Assembly (NCBI GenBank): GCA_016839445.1 | Contig: JAEOUG010000130.1 | Location: forward strand, 1-48,166 | Reading direction: 5' to 3' | DNA: 48,166 bases | Source: Candidatus Thorarchaeota archaeon | GTDB taxonomy: Archaea; Asgardarchaeota; Thorarchaeia; Thorarchaeales; Thorarchaeaceae | Shown: piece by piece, positions 18,188 through 27,774 of the stretch | Position numbering within the stretch: position 1 is the first letter of the stretch | Layout of the letters: each line of letters opens with the position of its first letter | Made by a program: the position numbers and the translations under genes | The notes under the pieces: model-generated | What the model saw: the letters and a program-made list of their open reading frames with translations, nothing else | The model's database searches: none | What the model was told of the DNA's origin: nothing

Positions 18188-19012
18188 TCAAGTGGAAACC
18201 ATAATCTCATACACTCTGTGCATGATACCAGGCGAGTACCACTTGATCCTCCTACTTGAAATAGATGAAGACCGTCCGTGTTCCAAGCAAATCGCCTGGA
18301 TACCTTTGCTCACCGTTTCCACCTCTCTCTCAGGATGGGTCATGTGCATATGAATAACGCCTCCAGCCTGCTTAAGTGACTCCAAGGCGTGTGGTAAGTA
18401 CCTATTAGTTTCATGGAGAAACCCCATGTAGACACGGTCCGCAATTCCATCTGGGTGCTTAGTCCTGCAGTCACCCAGGATAGGTTTCACTCGGTCGCCA
18501 AAACCATTCAGTGTAATACCTTCTACCAGATAGTCGTAGGTTCTCTGACTAACCTCAATGGCGACGACTTGGACGTCTTCCACTGAGGCTGCATGGAACG
18601 CGAACTGGCCCACGCAGCTAAACATGTCTACTACTACTTCCCCCGGTTTCACCTGCCTGCCAACAAGGTGTCTTTCCCTTCTATTTCCCCTTGAGAATGT
18701 GATTTCAAGTGGGTCCAGCTTGAACTTGACTCCATCCTCAACATGAATCGTTTCGGTCCGAGGGTCACCAGCAACCAATCGAAATGAGGGCTTCCGATCC
18801 ACTCCACTCGTTGGTCCAATTCGAACGGCAACAGACTTGATACGCTTATCGAAACCAAGAGTTGCCTGCCCCACGGAAGCGAGAATCTGCGGGTCTTCGG
18901 TTCTCATGTTCACTAGGGCAACATGTCCTACGATATGCAGACTTGACGGGAGGTCTACTGAAGTCTTGGCCAAATCTGGTAGCGTCTGCACTAGATACTC
19001 TCTGTACTTCAT
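18188..19012 (-). CDS. Trm5/TYW2-family SAM-dependent tRNA-modifying enzyme (Taw2-like)
   Basis: TIHVEDG.KF, FS.GN..ER, VVDMFSCVGQF. DRVYMG rather than the Trm5 MNLP motif. Confidence 0.8.
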   Translation of the reverse strand: MKYREYLVQTLPDLAKTSVDLPSSLHIVGHVALVNMRTEDPQILASVGQATLGFDKRIKSVAVRIGPTSGVDRKPSFRLVAGDPRTETIHVEDGVKFKLDPLEITFSRGNRRERHLVGRQVKPGEVVVDMFSCVGQFAFHAASVEDVQVVAIEVSQRTYDYLVEGITLNGFGDRVKPILGDCRTKHPDGIADRVYMGFLHETNRYLPHALESLKQAGGVIHMHMTHPEREVETVSKGIQAICLEHGRSSSISSRRIKWYSPGIMHRVYEIMVST

Positions 19013-19038
19013 TTCTGTCCACGAATACAAGTGAGTCT

Positions 19039-20241
19039 TTAGCAGTAGATGCTGCTGGGCGGTCTGTCGCCACCACCCCGCTCTTGCACTTTCACAATCG
19101 CCTTGCGGAAGTCGTCACTAGTGACACAGATTCTGTTGTCACGAATTGCAAACATTCCGGCTTCTGTGCAAATCGTCTTGATGTCTGCCCCACTCTGGCT
19201 CTGGGTTGCCACTACGAGCTGGTCGAAGTTGATATTCGAGTCGACATTCATTCCTCTCATGTGGATTCTGAATATCTCTCGGCGGCTATCATCATCTGGA
19301 AGGGGAAAGTCGATGATTCTATCAAACCTGCCGGGTCTCAGAAGAGCAGGATCCAGAATGTCAGGCCGATTTGTCGCCCCAAGAACGGCGACTTGACCTC
19401 TGTTCTCGAAGCCGTCAAGCTCGCTTAGCAGCTGCATAAGGGTTCTCTGGACTTCACGGTCGCCAGAGGTCGCTATGTCGAGTCGATGCGATCCTACAGC
19501 GTCAAGTTCATCCACAAAGATGATTGCGGGTGCTTTCTCCTTGGCCAGCATGAAGATCTCGCGAACTAACCTGGCTCCTTCTCCGATGAATTTCTGAACG
19601 AGCTCAGATCCAATGACGCGGATGAAAGTTGCATTGGTCTCGTGGGCAACTGCTCTGGCACATAGAGTCTTTCCAGTGCCTGGTTTTCCTGTTAGAAGGA
19701 CCCCCTTGGGGGGTTCTATGCCAACCTGTTCGAACAGATCAGGCTTCAGCAAGGGCAGCTCGACTGTTTCTCTAATCTCTCGCAGTTGATCTTGCAGGCC
19801 GCCAATGTCGGTATAGGAAACATCCGGTGCCTCCTCTATCTCCATTGCTCTGATCATCGGGTCTCGGGACGGCGGAAGCTCCTGTGTTACGGCGAATGAC
19901 CGCTGGTTGAGGGCTACTAGTGCTCCTGGCTGCAACCTATCTTTGGGAATAGTGGAAGTAACGTGCACGACGAAATTGGGACCTGTAGAGCTTTTGACTA
20001 TGGCCCGGCCATCTTCAAGCATCTCGACGATACTAGCTGTGATTAGAGGTGACTGCCTCAGTTTCTCGAGTTCGGTACGGAGAGTCTGTGTTTCCTTCTC
20101 CAGTCTGCTCCTTTCCGCTTGAAGGATTCTCTTCTCAGTTTCAAGGGCCCGTAGTCTTCTCTCAAGATGCCTGGTGTAGCTCTGTGAGTACTCTGTATCC
20201 TCGACGCTACCTTCATCCTTGGCATCAGTGGTCCCTGGCAA
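19039..20241 (-). CDS. pan: Proteasome-activating nucleotidase
   Basis: Coiled coil + OB domain, PPKGVLL.GKPGTGKT, FVDELD, REVQRTLMQLL.ELDGF, LLRPGRFDR, C-terminal HbYX (IYC). Confidence 0.95.
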   Translation of the reverse strand: MPGTTDAKDEGSVEDTEYSQSYTRHLERRLRALETEKRILQAERSRLEKETQTLRTELEKLRQSPLITASIVEMLEDGRAIVKSSTGPNFVVHVTSTIPKDRLQPGALVALNQRSFAVTQELPPSRDPMIRAMEIEEAPDVSYTDIGGLQDQLREIRETVELPLLKPDLFEQVGIEPPKGVLLTGKPGTGKTLCARAVAHETNATFIRVIGSELVQKFIGEGARLVREIFMLAKEKAPAIIFVDELDAVGSHRLDIATSGDREVQRTLMQLLSELDGFENRGQVAVLGATNRPDILDPALLRPGRFDRIIDFPLPDDDSRREIFRIHMRGMNVDSNINFDQLVVATQSQSGADIKTICTEAGMFAIRDNRICVTSDDFRKAIVKVQERGGGDRPPSSIYC

Positions 20242-20408
20242 TGATGAGTACCTCGACAGGTCATCCGCGACTGAGGTTTTAAGGCTATCTTTGAGGTTAC
20301 TCAGAAATGGAGCAAAACGCAGATGCCCGCGCCAAAAAGAGAACCTTGGTTGGTCGGCAATCTTTATGTATCATCTGTGAGATGATGAGTTCAGAGAGGT
20401 GGACTGCT

Positions 20409-21008
20409 GTGCCCAGCTGTGAGCTATGCGGAAGGAGCATGAAGGGACGAGGACGCAGTGTTGTCATTGAAGGGGCCTCAATGATTGTGTGTCCTCAGTG
20501 TGCATCCAAGTTTGGTGGCTCTTCTCCAACAGAGACTAGGCCATCATCACCCAGTCCGAAGCAACGTCCAATCTGGGCTGGTGGTCATGATCCTCGCGGA
20601 GAAACGCGCCCGTCGAAGCCTGTTTCTACGCCAAAGACGCGGGCAACGCCCAAACCAGCTCGACCAGGAATCCTTCTCGATGAAATGGAACTAGTAGAGA
20701 ACTATGCAGATCTCATACGAGAGGCACGGCAGAAGATGAACCTGAGTCAAGAAGAGCTGGCTCAACGAGTAGGCGAGCGAGTTTCCACACTTCAGGCAGT
20801 TGAATCAGGAAGACAGAAACCCACGGAGAAGACTATCAGAGGTCTTGAGAGAGAGCTTGAAATCTCCCTTCTAGAATCTGTCGGCCCGGTACCCCTGAAG
20901 CCCAGCAAATCATCCGGTAGTACAGGCGCTCCTACGCTAGGAGACCGCGTTGTAGTCAAGAGGAAAATGTCACAGAAGGCGCGTCGCACGGATGCGCAAA
21001 CGAAGTGA
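20409..21008 (+). CDS. mbf1: Multiprotein bridging factor aMBF1
   Basis: CELCG...CPQC Zn ribbon, IREARQKMNLSQEELA HTH, TLGD. Lies in the pan/tfe neighbourhood. Confidence 0.9.
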   Translation: MPSCELCGRSMKGRGRSVVIEGASMIVCPQCASKFGGSSPTETRPSSPSPKQRPIWAGGHDPRGETRPSKPVSTPKTRATPKPARPGILLDEMELVENYADLIREARQKMNLSQEELAQRVGERVSTLQAVESGRQKPTEKTIRGLERELEISLLESVGPVPLKPSKSSGSTGAPTLGDRVVVKRKMSQKARRTDAQTK

Positions 21009-21122
21009 ATATATAGTATCTCTACGTATAATACTACAAGTGTAAATCTCCAGCTGCGGATGTTCTTACTCTCAGAATCAATCAGCATAGCAACCAGATA
21101 TTACATCTAGGTGACCTCATCA

Positions 21123-21644
21123 ATGGTGCATTCGAACTTCAATCATGAGCTTTTCCGGCTAGTCGTAGAAGAGATTGCCGGAAAAGAAGGCGTAGATGTG
21201 GCCACTGTCCTAGTAAACGCGGAAGAAACCACTGATGAAGAAATCGCTACAAAGACTGATCTCAAGCTAAATGTTGTGCGCAAAATTCTCTACAAACTAC
21301 ACGACAATCATCTTGCATCCTATAGAAGGATTCGCGATACAGACACTGGTTGGTTCCTCTACTACTGGAAGATTGACCCCAAGAAAGCGCAAGCTCTCGT
21401 AAACAGGAAGAAGAGAATGGTACTGACTCTTCTTGAGCAGCGATTGGAACATGAATCGAACAACGACTTGTACGTATGCGCCAACCGAGACTCATCACCA
21501 GTCCCCTTCGAAGAGGCAATGAACTTGTCGTTTCGCTGCCCTACATGCAACGGACAATTGGAGTACGTCGATAACGCAAAGGCCATCTCGTTCCTCCGTA
21601 AACGAGTTGAAGAGCTGAAGGCGGATCTCCAAGCATCATCATGA
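21123..21644 (+). CDS. tfe: Transcription factor E (TFE alpha)
   Basis: TDEEIA...L.LN.VRKILYKL, RD.DTGW..YYW, F.EA..L.FRCPTC. Confidence 0.93.
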   Translation: MVHSNFNHELFRLVVEEIAGKEGVDVATVLVNAEETTDEEIATKTDLKLNVVRKILYKLHDNHLASYRRIRDTDTGWFLYYWKIDPKKAQALVNRKKRMVLTLLEQRLEHESNNDLYVCANRDSSPVPFEEAMNLSFRCPTCNGQLEYVDNAKAISFLRKRVEELKADLQASS

Positions 21645-21716
21645 ACCGCGTGAAACACTGCGGAATTCTTCTACCAAAAAAAGGAGAGAATCTGGATAGA
21701 AAGGGGTTCAAACCTG

Positions 21717-22487
21717 TTGAAAGCAGTCTCATTTCTTACCAAAGTCTACGGGCCCTACAAGAATCGTCTTCTCAAGACAGTGAGAGCGGAGATGCTTGCA
21801 GGTATTAGCGAACTCGAGGTCAAGCTGAACAGAGTTGAGGTGGACTCCAGGTTTCATCTGAGAGTGAGTATCACTGGCGAGGATGAGGAGTTCGTCCTGA
21901 ATCATCTGACAAACCTATACGGTCGATGTCTTACTCCAGCTGAGATAGAACCTGGTGGAACCTTCAAAGGTAGCCTCGTCGATGTGGGAGAGGTGGGCTT
22001 CGGTCTCTTCGTCGACATAGGCTTCGACAAGTCTTCTCGTCTTGATCCGTTGATACCCCTCCACCGTCTCCGTGATCAAGTCAAAGCCCATAAACCACTT
22101 AGAGAAATCTCAAGGGTTCTCTGTCTAGTAGACCACCTTCCACTTGACGTGACTATCAACCATGTTGACGTCAGAAACAACAAGGTTGAGGCAGAACTTG
22201 GCCCAGATATCACAAGACGTCTTCTCGATTGGGCAAACGATGACCATGAACGTCTTCTCGTGTTTGGCGCCAATCGAACCATGATTGACGGCGCGCTCAA
22301 ACGAACCGGACACACAGGCGATATCTATGAATACGAAACGCTGGGCCATTTCGAAACAGCCCTTGTGTGCAAGAGAAGCACCAGAGCGTCAGGAATAGTC
22401 GCGGCAATAGGTCCAAGACTGAGAGGCATTCCCATTCATCTCTTCATTCCAGACGAAGTCGGAGCGTGGCTCGGTGACAAGACTTGA
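21717..22487 (+). CDS. DUF2110-family protein
   Basis: GSLVDVGEVGFGLFVDIG S1-like motif, and the usual position downstream of tfe. Confidence 0.75.
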   Translation: MKAVSFLTKVYGPYKNRLLKTVRAEMLAGISELEVKLNRVEVDSRFHLRVSITGEDEEFVLNHLTNLYGRCLTPAEIEPGGTFKGSLVDVGEVGFGLFVDIGFDKSSRLDPLIPLHRLRDQVKAHKPLREISRVLCLVDHLPLDVTINHVDVRNNKVEAELGPDITRRLLDWANDDHERLLVFGANRTMIDGALKRTGHTGDIYEYETLGHFETALVCKRSTRASGIVAAIGPRLRGIPIHLFIPDEVGAWLGDKT

Positions 22488-23151
22488 CATCTGGCTCGTG
22501 GAAAAGGGCCACTTTGCATCACGTCAAATTGCCAAGAGAGCAATCAAGTCCGGTCTAGTCAGAGTTGATGGCGCAGTCTGCAAGCCATCCAAGGAGATTG
22601 ACGGCACTGAATCGATTGAAGTCCTAGACGAACTCGCAGACAATCCGATGGGCTTCCAGAAGCTGCGGATGATAGAGAGCAGACTAGAAGGTCAGCTGGT
22701 GGTATCACCATGCCTGGCCGTTGACATCGGCAGTTCAGCAGGCGGCTTTCTTCTGTATTTGGGCTCAAGAGGGGCACAGGCAATCGGAGTTGAGGTTTCA
22801 CCGCGGTTTCTCCACAACCTTGAGCAGGTGGTGGACCAGTACGATACAATCTCTGTCATCATTGCTGATGCATTCGAGCTCGATCCACTGGAAGTGACAG
22901 GAATAGGTACAGCAGACCTTCTTCTCATCGATGTCACAACTGACTACTCAGGAACACTTCGCTTGGTGAATCAGTTTTCATGCATTCTGAAGCAGAACGG
23001 GCGCCTCATTGTTGCCATCAAGTCAACTCACAGCGAGGAGGACATTCATCGAGCAAGAACCGATTTGGAGAGTCTCGGCTACCAAAGCATCGAAGCAATC
23101 GTACTTGATGATTCACGCGAGGAGTTCCACATTAGTGCAGTTCATTGGTGA
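22474..23151 (+). CDS. S4 domain + FtsJ-like RNA methyltransferase (TlyA-like)
   Basis: RLDIWL..SRQIA..AI..G.V.VDG S4 domain, and VDIGSSAGGF. Confidence 0.85.
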   Translation: MTRLDIWLVEKGHFASRQIAKRAIKSGLVRVDGAVCKPSKEIDGTESIEVLDELADNPMGFQKLRMIESRLEGQLVVSPCLAVDIGSSAGGFLLYLGSRGAQAIGVEVSPRFLHNLEQVVDQYDTISVIIADAFELDPLEVTGIGTADLLLIDVTTDYSGTLRLVNQFSCILKQNGRLIVAIKSTHSEEDIHRARTDLESLGYQSIEAIVLDDSREEFHISAVHW

Positions 23152-23187
23152 GCAACTTTTAATTGCAGTTCGTCTGCGTAACCATCG

Positions 23188-23295
23188 GGGCCGCTAGTCT
23201 AGCCCGGCTATGATGTCTCGCTTACACCGAGAATGTCTGTAGGGTTTCCCTGCAGTACTCGTCGGTCGCTGGTTCAAATCCGGCGCGGCCCACCA
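23188..23295 (+). tRNA. tRNA-Val(TAC) with 30-nt non-canonical intron at 44/45 (23234-23263)
   Basis: Acceptor GGGCCGC/GCGGCCC+ACCA. Anticodon arm TCTCG-CTTACAC-CGAGA. BHB with central helix CGAG/CTCG and bulges AAT, TCG. Splicing restores the variable loop AGGTC. Confidence 0.9.
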
Positions 23296-23370
23296 ACCCC
23301 TTTCTTCATTCGGAGTGCACCGAAGACTTGAAGTGTGGAATCATGCTTTGAGCGATTGCTTGTGAAACCT

Positions 23371-23492
23371 GCGGGAGTTGCCAAGCTCGGCCAAAGGCGG
23401 CGGACTTAAGATCACGGAAAGACCAAGGGTCGTGTGAATAGGACATCCGCTCTCGTAGGAGTCCGCGGGTTCAAATCCCGTCTCCCGCACCA
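23371..23492 (+). tRNA. tRNA-Leu(TAA) with 34-nt intron at 37/38 (23411-23444)
   Basis: GCGGGAG/CTCCCGC acceptor, GCGGA/TCCGC anticodon stem, long variable arm, BHB central helix CTTA/TAGG, encoded CCA. Confidence 0.92.
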
Positions 23493-23551
23493 TATCACCC
23501 CTTCAAATAGCCTTTAAAGGCCCTGACGCGGGTTCCGCGCTTGTTAGAACA

Positions 23552-24112
23552 ATGCCAATTCAGACGCTCCTGTCTTCTTTCGGCCTAGTGCTCCTGACCG
23601 AATTGGGAGACAAGACCATGCTTACCACGATATGCCTGAGCGCACAGTACAGACGTCCTTGGCTTGTTCTTGTTTCTACAATGCTGGCACTTGGAGCTTC
23701 TTCTGTCATAGCTGTTATCGTCGGATACGTCTTGTCTGAGTCATTGCCAATCCAAGTGATTACATACGTATCCGGACTCCTCTTTCTTGCACTAGGGTTC
23801 TACACTCTAGCAAGATCTGAACCCGATGATGACGCCTGTGAGAACCCAAGCACTCTTCTCGGTATGTTCTCGCTAGTCCTGTTCTCCGAACTTGGTGACA
23901 AGAGCCAAATCACAATACTGGCACTAGCAGCTCAGTCACTCTTCCCAATCTGGGTGTTTGTAGGTGCCATTGGAGGCTTCCTTATCGTGAATGCACTTGG
24001 GGCAGTAGCAGGAGACCGTACCGCGGCACGCATACCGATGGAGAAAGTCCGACTGGCAACCGGTTTCATCTTCTTGGCCTTCGGAGTCCTAGTCATACTT
24101 GGGTTCATCTGA
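23552..24112 (+). CDS. TMEM165/GDT1 (UPF0016) Ca/Mn transporter
   Basis: Two ELGDK(T/S) motifs in a 6-TM protein. Confidence 0.92.
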   Translation: MPIQTLLSSFGLVLLTELGDKTMLTTICLSAQYRRPWLVLVSTMLALGASSVIAVIVGYVLSESLPIQVITYVSGLLFLALGFYTLARSEPDDDACENPSTLLGMFSLVLFSELGDKSQITILALAAQSLFPIWVFVGAIGGFLIVNALGAVAGDRTAARIPMEKVRLATGFIFLAFGVLVILGFI

Positions 24113-24194
24113 GTGATGGACAATCTACACTCCGGCAAAGACTTATGGCACACGAGCCATGATGCAAGTCATCGCCTGCAGGGTGAGGATACAA

Positions 24195-25541
24195 GTGGGA
24201 CTTGAAGAATCTGGATACTGCGGACTTGTACTCGAGAAGCTTACGACATCTGGGGCAAGCATTGGTGACACCATTGAGATTCGGCAAGGCGACGCAGTGT
24301 ACTCCGGGATTCTTATGCCACGGAGTCAAATCGGCAGTGATCCGGCCCATGTAGTAATCAAGATTGGCAGTGGCTACAACTTGGGAGTCCGACTGAATGC
24401 AACGTGCACGATAAGGCGCATTGGGAAATCCAAGAGGACTCAGCCATCTTCTGAATCCGCAGATTCTGCAGACGAGAGTCTTCCATCTGTTGCTATCCTT
24501 AGCACTGGGGGCACCATAGCCAGCAAGGTGGACTACCAGACCGGTGCAGTCAATCCGGCACTGTCCGCAAGAGACCTCTATGATGCGGTACCTGAACTCA
24601 GACACCACGCGAACATTCGCGCCAAGGTGTTGCTCAGTAAGCTTTCAGAGAATATCTCTAGCGATGATTGGACAAGAATCGCCCGCAGAATCGCGGCTGA
24701 AATCAAGACGGGAGTTGAGGGTGTGGTTGTGGCTCATGGTACCGACACTCTCGGCTTGACGGCTGCTGCCCTTTCGTTTGCTCTTCAGAATCTTCCTGTT
24801 CCTGTAGTCCTAGTAGGGTCACAGAGATCCTCAGATCGTCCCTCATCCGATGCCGCAATGAATCTCATAGGTGCCACAGATCTCGCGGCCAGAGCAGATG
24901 CAGCTGAAGTGATGGTGGTAATGCATGGCGAAACGGGAGATAGCTACCTCTATGCTCACCGAGCAACTCGGGTGAGGAAGCTACACACAAGCAGAAGAGA
25001 CGCGTTCAAGTCGGTCAATACGAAGCCTCTATTCATGGTCCAAGGAGTTTCCATCACCGAGCTTTCGCCTCCTCTGCATCGACGACTCAAGGAGAGGAAG
25101 CTAGTCCTTAGGCCGCGATTCGAAGAGAAAGTAGCTCTACTGAAGACCTATCCCGGCATGGATGGTAGGCTGATTGATCATCTTGTCGACGATGGCTACA
25201 AAGGTCTGGTTCTAGAGGGAACAGGGCTGGGCCACACACCCGAGGGCATCATCTCTTCATTGAAACGGGCCTCAGAGGCTGGTATGCTACTCGCGATGAC
25301 AAGTCAGTGTATCTTTGGGAGAGTAGACATGAATGTGTACAGAACAGGTGTTGAGCTTCTCGACATCGGAGTGATTCCCTGTGAAGACATGCTCTCAGAA
25401 ACAGCCCTTGTCAAGATGATGTGGGTTCTCGGAAACACAAGATCCCTGGAAGCGGCGCGAGATAATCTGCAGTCCCCACTTGTGGGGGAGTTTGAGATGC
25501 GTTCAGAGTACTCTGATTATCCATCCATTGGAGGCGAATAG
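24195..25541 (+). CDS. gatD: Glutamyl-tRNA(Gln) amidotransferase subunit D
   Basis: GYN.G N-domain, STGGTIAS.VDY.TGAV, HGTDT, QRSSDRPSSD, KLHTSRRDAF. Start approximate. Confidence 0.95.
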   Translation: MGLEESGYCGLVLEKLTTSGASIGDTIEIRQGDAVYSGILMPRSQIGSDPAHVVIKIGSGYNLGVRLNATCTIRRIGKSKRTQPSSESADSADESLPSVAILSTGGTIASKVDYQTGAVNPALSARDLYDAVPELRHHANIRAKVLLSKLSENISSDDWTRIARRIAAEIKTGVEGVVVAHGTDTLGLTAAALSFALQNLPVPVVLVGSQRSSDRPSSDAAMNLIGATDLAARADAAEVMVVMHGETGDSYLYAHRATRVRKLHTSRRDAFKSVNTKPLFMVQGVSITELSPPLHRRLKERKLVLRPRFEEKVALLKTYPGMDGRLIDHLVDDGYKGLVLEGTGLGHTPEGIISSLKRASEAGMLLAMTSQCIFGRVDMNVYRTGVELLDIGVIPCEDMLSETALVKMMWVLGNTRSLEAARDNLQSPLVGEFEMRSEYSDYPSIGGE

Positions 25542-25542
25542 T

Positions 25543-27459
25543 CTGAGCGAGAAGCTGGACTATGAACGCATTGGTCTCATGGTGGGCCTCGAACTTCATC
25601 AGCAACTAGATACATCACGCAAGCTCTTCTGTCATTGTCCTCCTGTCATACGCGAAGACACACCACATGGGGGCTTCATCAGGCAGCTGAGACCAACACA
25701 GAGTGAGATGGGTGAAATCGACCCGGCTGCTCTCTTCGAGTTCCAGAAGCAGAAGCGATTCTATTACGAGTATTACAATGATACAACGTGTCTTGTGGAG
25801 GCAGATGAAGAACCTCCGCATGACCTATCTGATGAGGCCATTGATGTGTGTCTCACAATGGCCACCTTTCTCGGTGCTCAGCCTGTGGATGAAGTCCACG
25901 CCATGAGGAAAATCGTGATAGATGGAAGCAACACGACTGGATTTCAGAGGACGAGCATAATCGGAAATGGTGGACACATTCAGCTGGGTAAGAAGCAGAT
26001 CGGAATCCAGACTATCTGTCTTGAGGAAGATGCAGCAAGGAAAACAGACGAAGAGGAATCATCTGGCATTACAACCTACAGGTTAGATCGTCTGGGAATC
26101 CCACTCATTGAGATTGCCACGGCCCCTGACATTCGCACTCCTGAGGAGGCCCAAGAAGCCGCGCTGGCGCTTGGACTCCTTCTCCGGTCCACGGGTCGCG
26201 TGAAGCGAGGCCTTGGCACAATTCGACAAGACGTCAATGTGTCAATAGAGGGCGGAGCTATCATCGAGATAAAGGGACTTCAACAGCTGGATATGCTCGC
26301 AACGGTAGTCGAACTCGAGGCTCTACGCCAGTCTAATCTTCTCGAAATCAAGAGAGTCCTCAATTCAAGAGGAGTCAGACCTAGCGATATCCTTGGAGAA
26401 CCAGTGGATGTTACACGCCTATTCAAGGATTCAGAATCAAAGGTAATACAGAGAGCTATTGGGAAAGGAGGTTCTGTATATGCCCTGCTCCTTCCCGGAT
26501 TCGCAGGGCTAGTCGGGCAGGAATTACAGCCTAATCGCAGGCTAGGCACAGAGTTCTCCGACTATGCGAGATTCTGGGGTGGCCTTGGAGGAATCTTCCA
26601 TACAGACGAGCTACCGAAGTACGGCATCACACAGGAAGACGTCTCTGTCCTCAAGAAGAATCTCAAAGCTGACGACAAAGATGCTGTCATAATAGCTGCC
26701 GAGTCTGCGGAGAGATGCAGAGATGCCCTGACCGCAGTTTCAGAGCGCGCCCGTGAGGCCATGGCGGGGGTTCCTGCTGAAACCAGAGCACCACTTCAGA
26801 ACGGTACTACGAAGTATGCGAGGCCACGTCCTGGTGCCAATCGTATGTACCCTGAAACGGATGTGAGACCGGTGCAAATCACAGCCTCGCGACTACAGAG
26901 AATCAAGAAGAACATGCCTGAAACACTGGAGGCCAGAGCGAAGCGATATGTAAGAGACCTCGGTCTCAGTGAGGAATTGTCCATTCAGATTACCCGATCT
27001 CTCAGTCTTGATCTCTTCGAGATGCTAGTGAAGGAAACAGAAGCCTCTCCCACCTTGATTGCAGCTACGCTAGAGAACACGCTGGTCAGCCTTCACAGAG
27101 ATGAAGTTCCAGTCGATGTTCTCAACGACACGCATTTCGTTGATCTCTTCACCGCCGTTGCAGCTGGTAAGCTTTCAGCCGACGCGATTCCAGACATCTT
27201 GACACACCTCTCAAATCATCCCGAAGCCGGAGTTGACGACGCTCACAGGGCATTGAATCTGGAAATGTTGGATGATGGTACGGTCAAAGGTATCATTCGG
27301 CAGATAGTCAGAGATCGAATCGACTATGTTCATGAGCAAGGCGAGCGAGCAGTTGGCGGTCTCATGGGAATCGCTATGAAGGAACTAAGAGGCAAAGTCG
27401 ATGGGAAGACCGTGAAATCTCTGCTCGTAGAAGAGGTAAATCGAGTACTAGAATCATAG
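25543..27459 (+). CDS. gatE: Glutamyl-tRNA(Gln) amidotransferase subunit E
   Basis: GLELHQQL.T..KLFC.CP, DGSNTTGFQRT, LDRLGIPLIEI, RGLGTIRQD, RMYPETD. Start is probably CTG 25543 after GGAGG, or TTG 25528. Confidence 0.95.
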   Translation: MSEKLDYERIGLMVGLELHQQLDTSRKLFCHCPPVIREDTPHGGFIRQLRPTQSEMGEIDPAALFEFQKQKRFYYEYYNDTTCLVEADEEPPHDLSDEAIDVCLTMATFLGAQPVDEVHAMRKIVIDGSNTTGFQRTSIIGNGGHIQLGKKQIGIQTICLEEDAARKTDEEESSGITTYRLDRLGIPLIEIATAPDIRTPEEAQEAALALGLLLRSTGRVKRGLGTIRQDVNVSIEGGAIIEIKGLQQLDMLATVVELEALRQSNLLEIKRVLNSRGVRPSDILGEPVDVTRLFKDSESKVIQRAIGKGGSVYALLLPGFAGLVGQELQPNRRLGTEFSDYARFWGGLGGIFHTDELPKYGITQEDVSVLKKNLKADDKDAVIIAAESAERCRDALTAVSERAREAMAGVPAETRAPLQNGTTKYARPRPGANRMYPETDVRPVQITASRLQRIKKNMPETLEARAKRYVRDLGLSEELSIQITRSLSLDLFEMLVKETEASPTLIAATLENTLVSLHRDEVPVDVLNDTHFVDLFTAVAAGKLSADAIPDILTHLSNHPEAGVDDAHRALNLEMLDDGTVKGIIRQIVRDRIDYVHEQGERAVGGLMGIAMKELRGKVDGKTVKSLLVEEVNRVLES

Positions 27460-27552
27460 GGCCGCGCACTTGCTATGAGACAGGCCAAGAACAAGGTTAA
27501 TTAGGAGTGCCCAGAGTGCTCGGTTCCCAGACTTCAAACGGAGTCTAGAACA

Positions 27553-27690
27553 GCCGCAGTAGCCTAGCCTGGTGGGGCGCGAGACTCATAATCTTCTTGG
27601 AGTCATCCAAGAACAAGATGGGGTCATTGAGACCGCGCCTTCAGATGAGGCATCTCGAAGTCGAGGGATCGAAGCCCTCCTGCGGCACCA
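27553..27690 (+). tRNA. tRNA-Met(CAT), elongator type, with 61-nt intron at 37/38 (27591-27651)
   Basis: GCCGCAG/CTGCGGC+ACCA, CGAGA/TCTCG anticodon stem, BHB central helix CTCA/TGAG with bulges TAA and GCA, T-loop ATCGAAG. Confidence 0.88.
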
Positions 27691-27774
27691 CATGGGAAAG
27701 GTAACTAGTAGTCCTTTCCCACCCTCTTTCACTTCTCTTGGCGGGAATATTAGGCAACAGCGCAACTCAGACCC

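Larger units (their letters stand above)
5328..18519. repeat. Dispersed (T)GTAATAC(A) pseudo-palindromic motif, ~16 copies
   Basis: Core GTAATAC/GTATTAC at 5329, 5674, 7091, 7939, 8561, 9339, 10407, 11454, 12465, 13209, 13799, 14782, 15242, 16571, 17687 and 18513. Confidence 0.7.
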
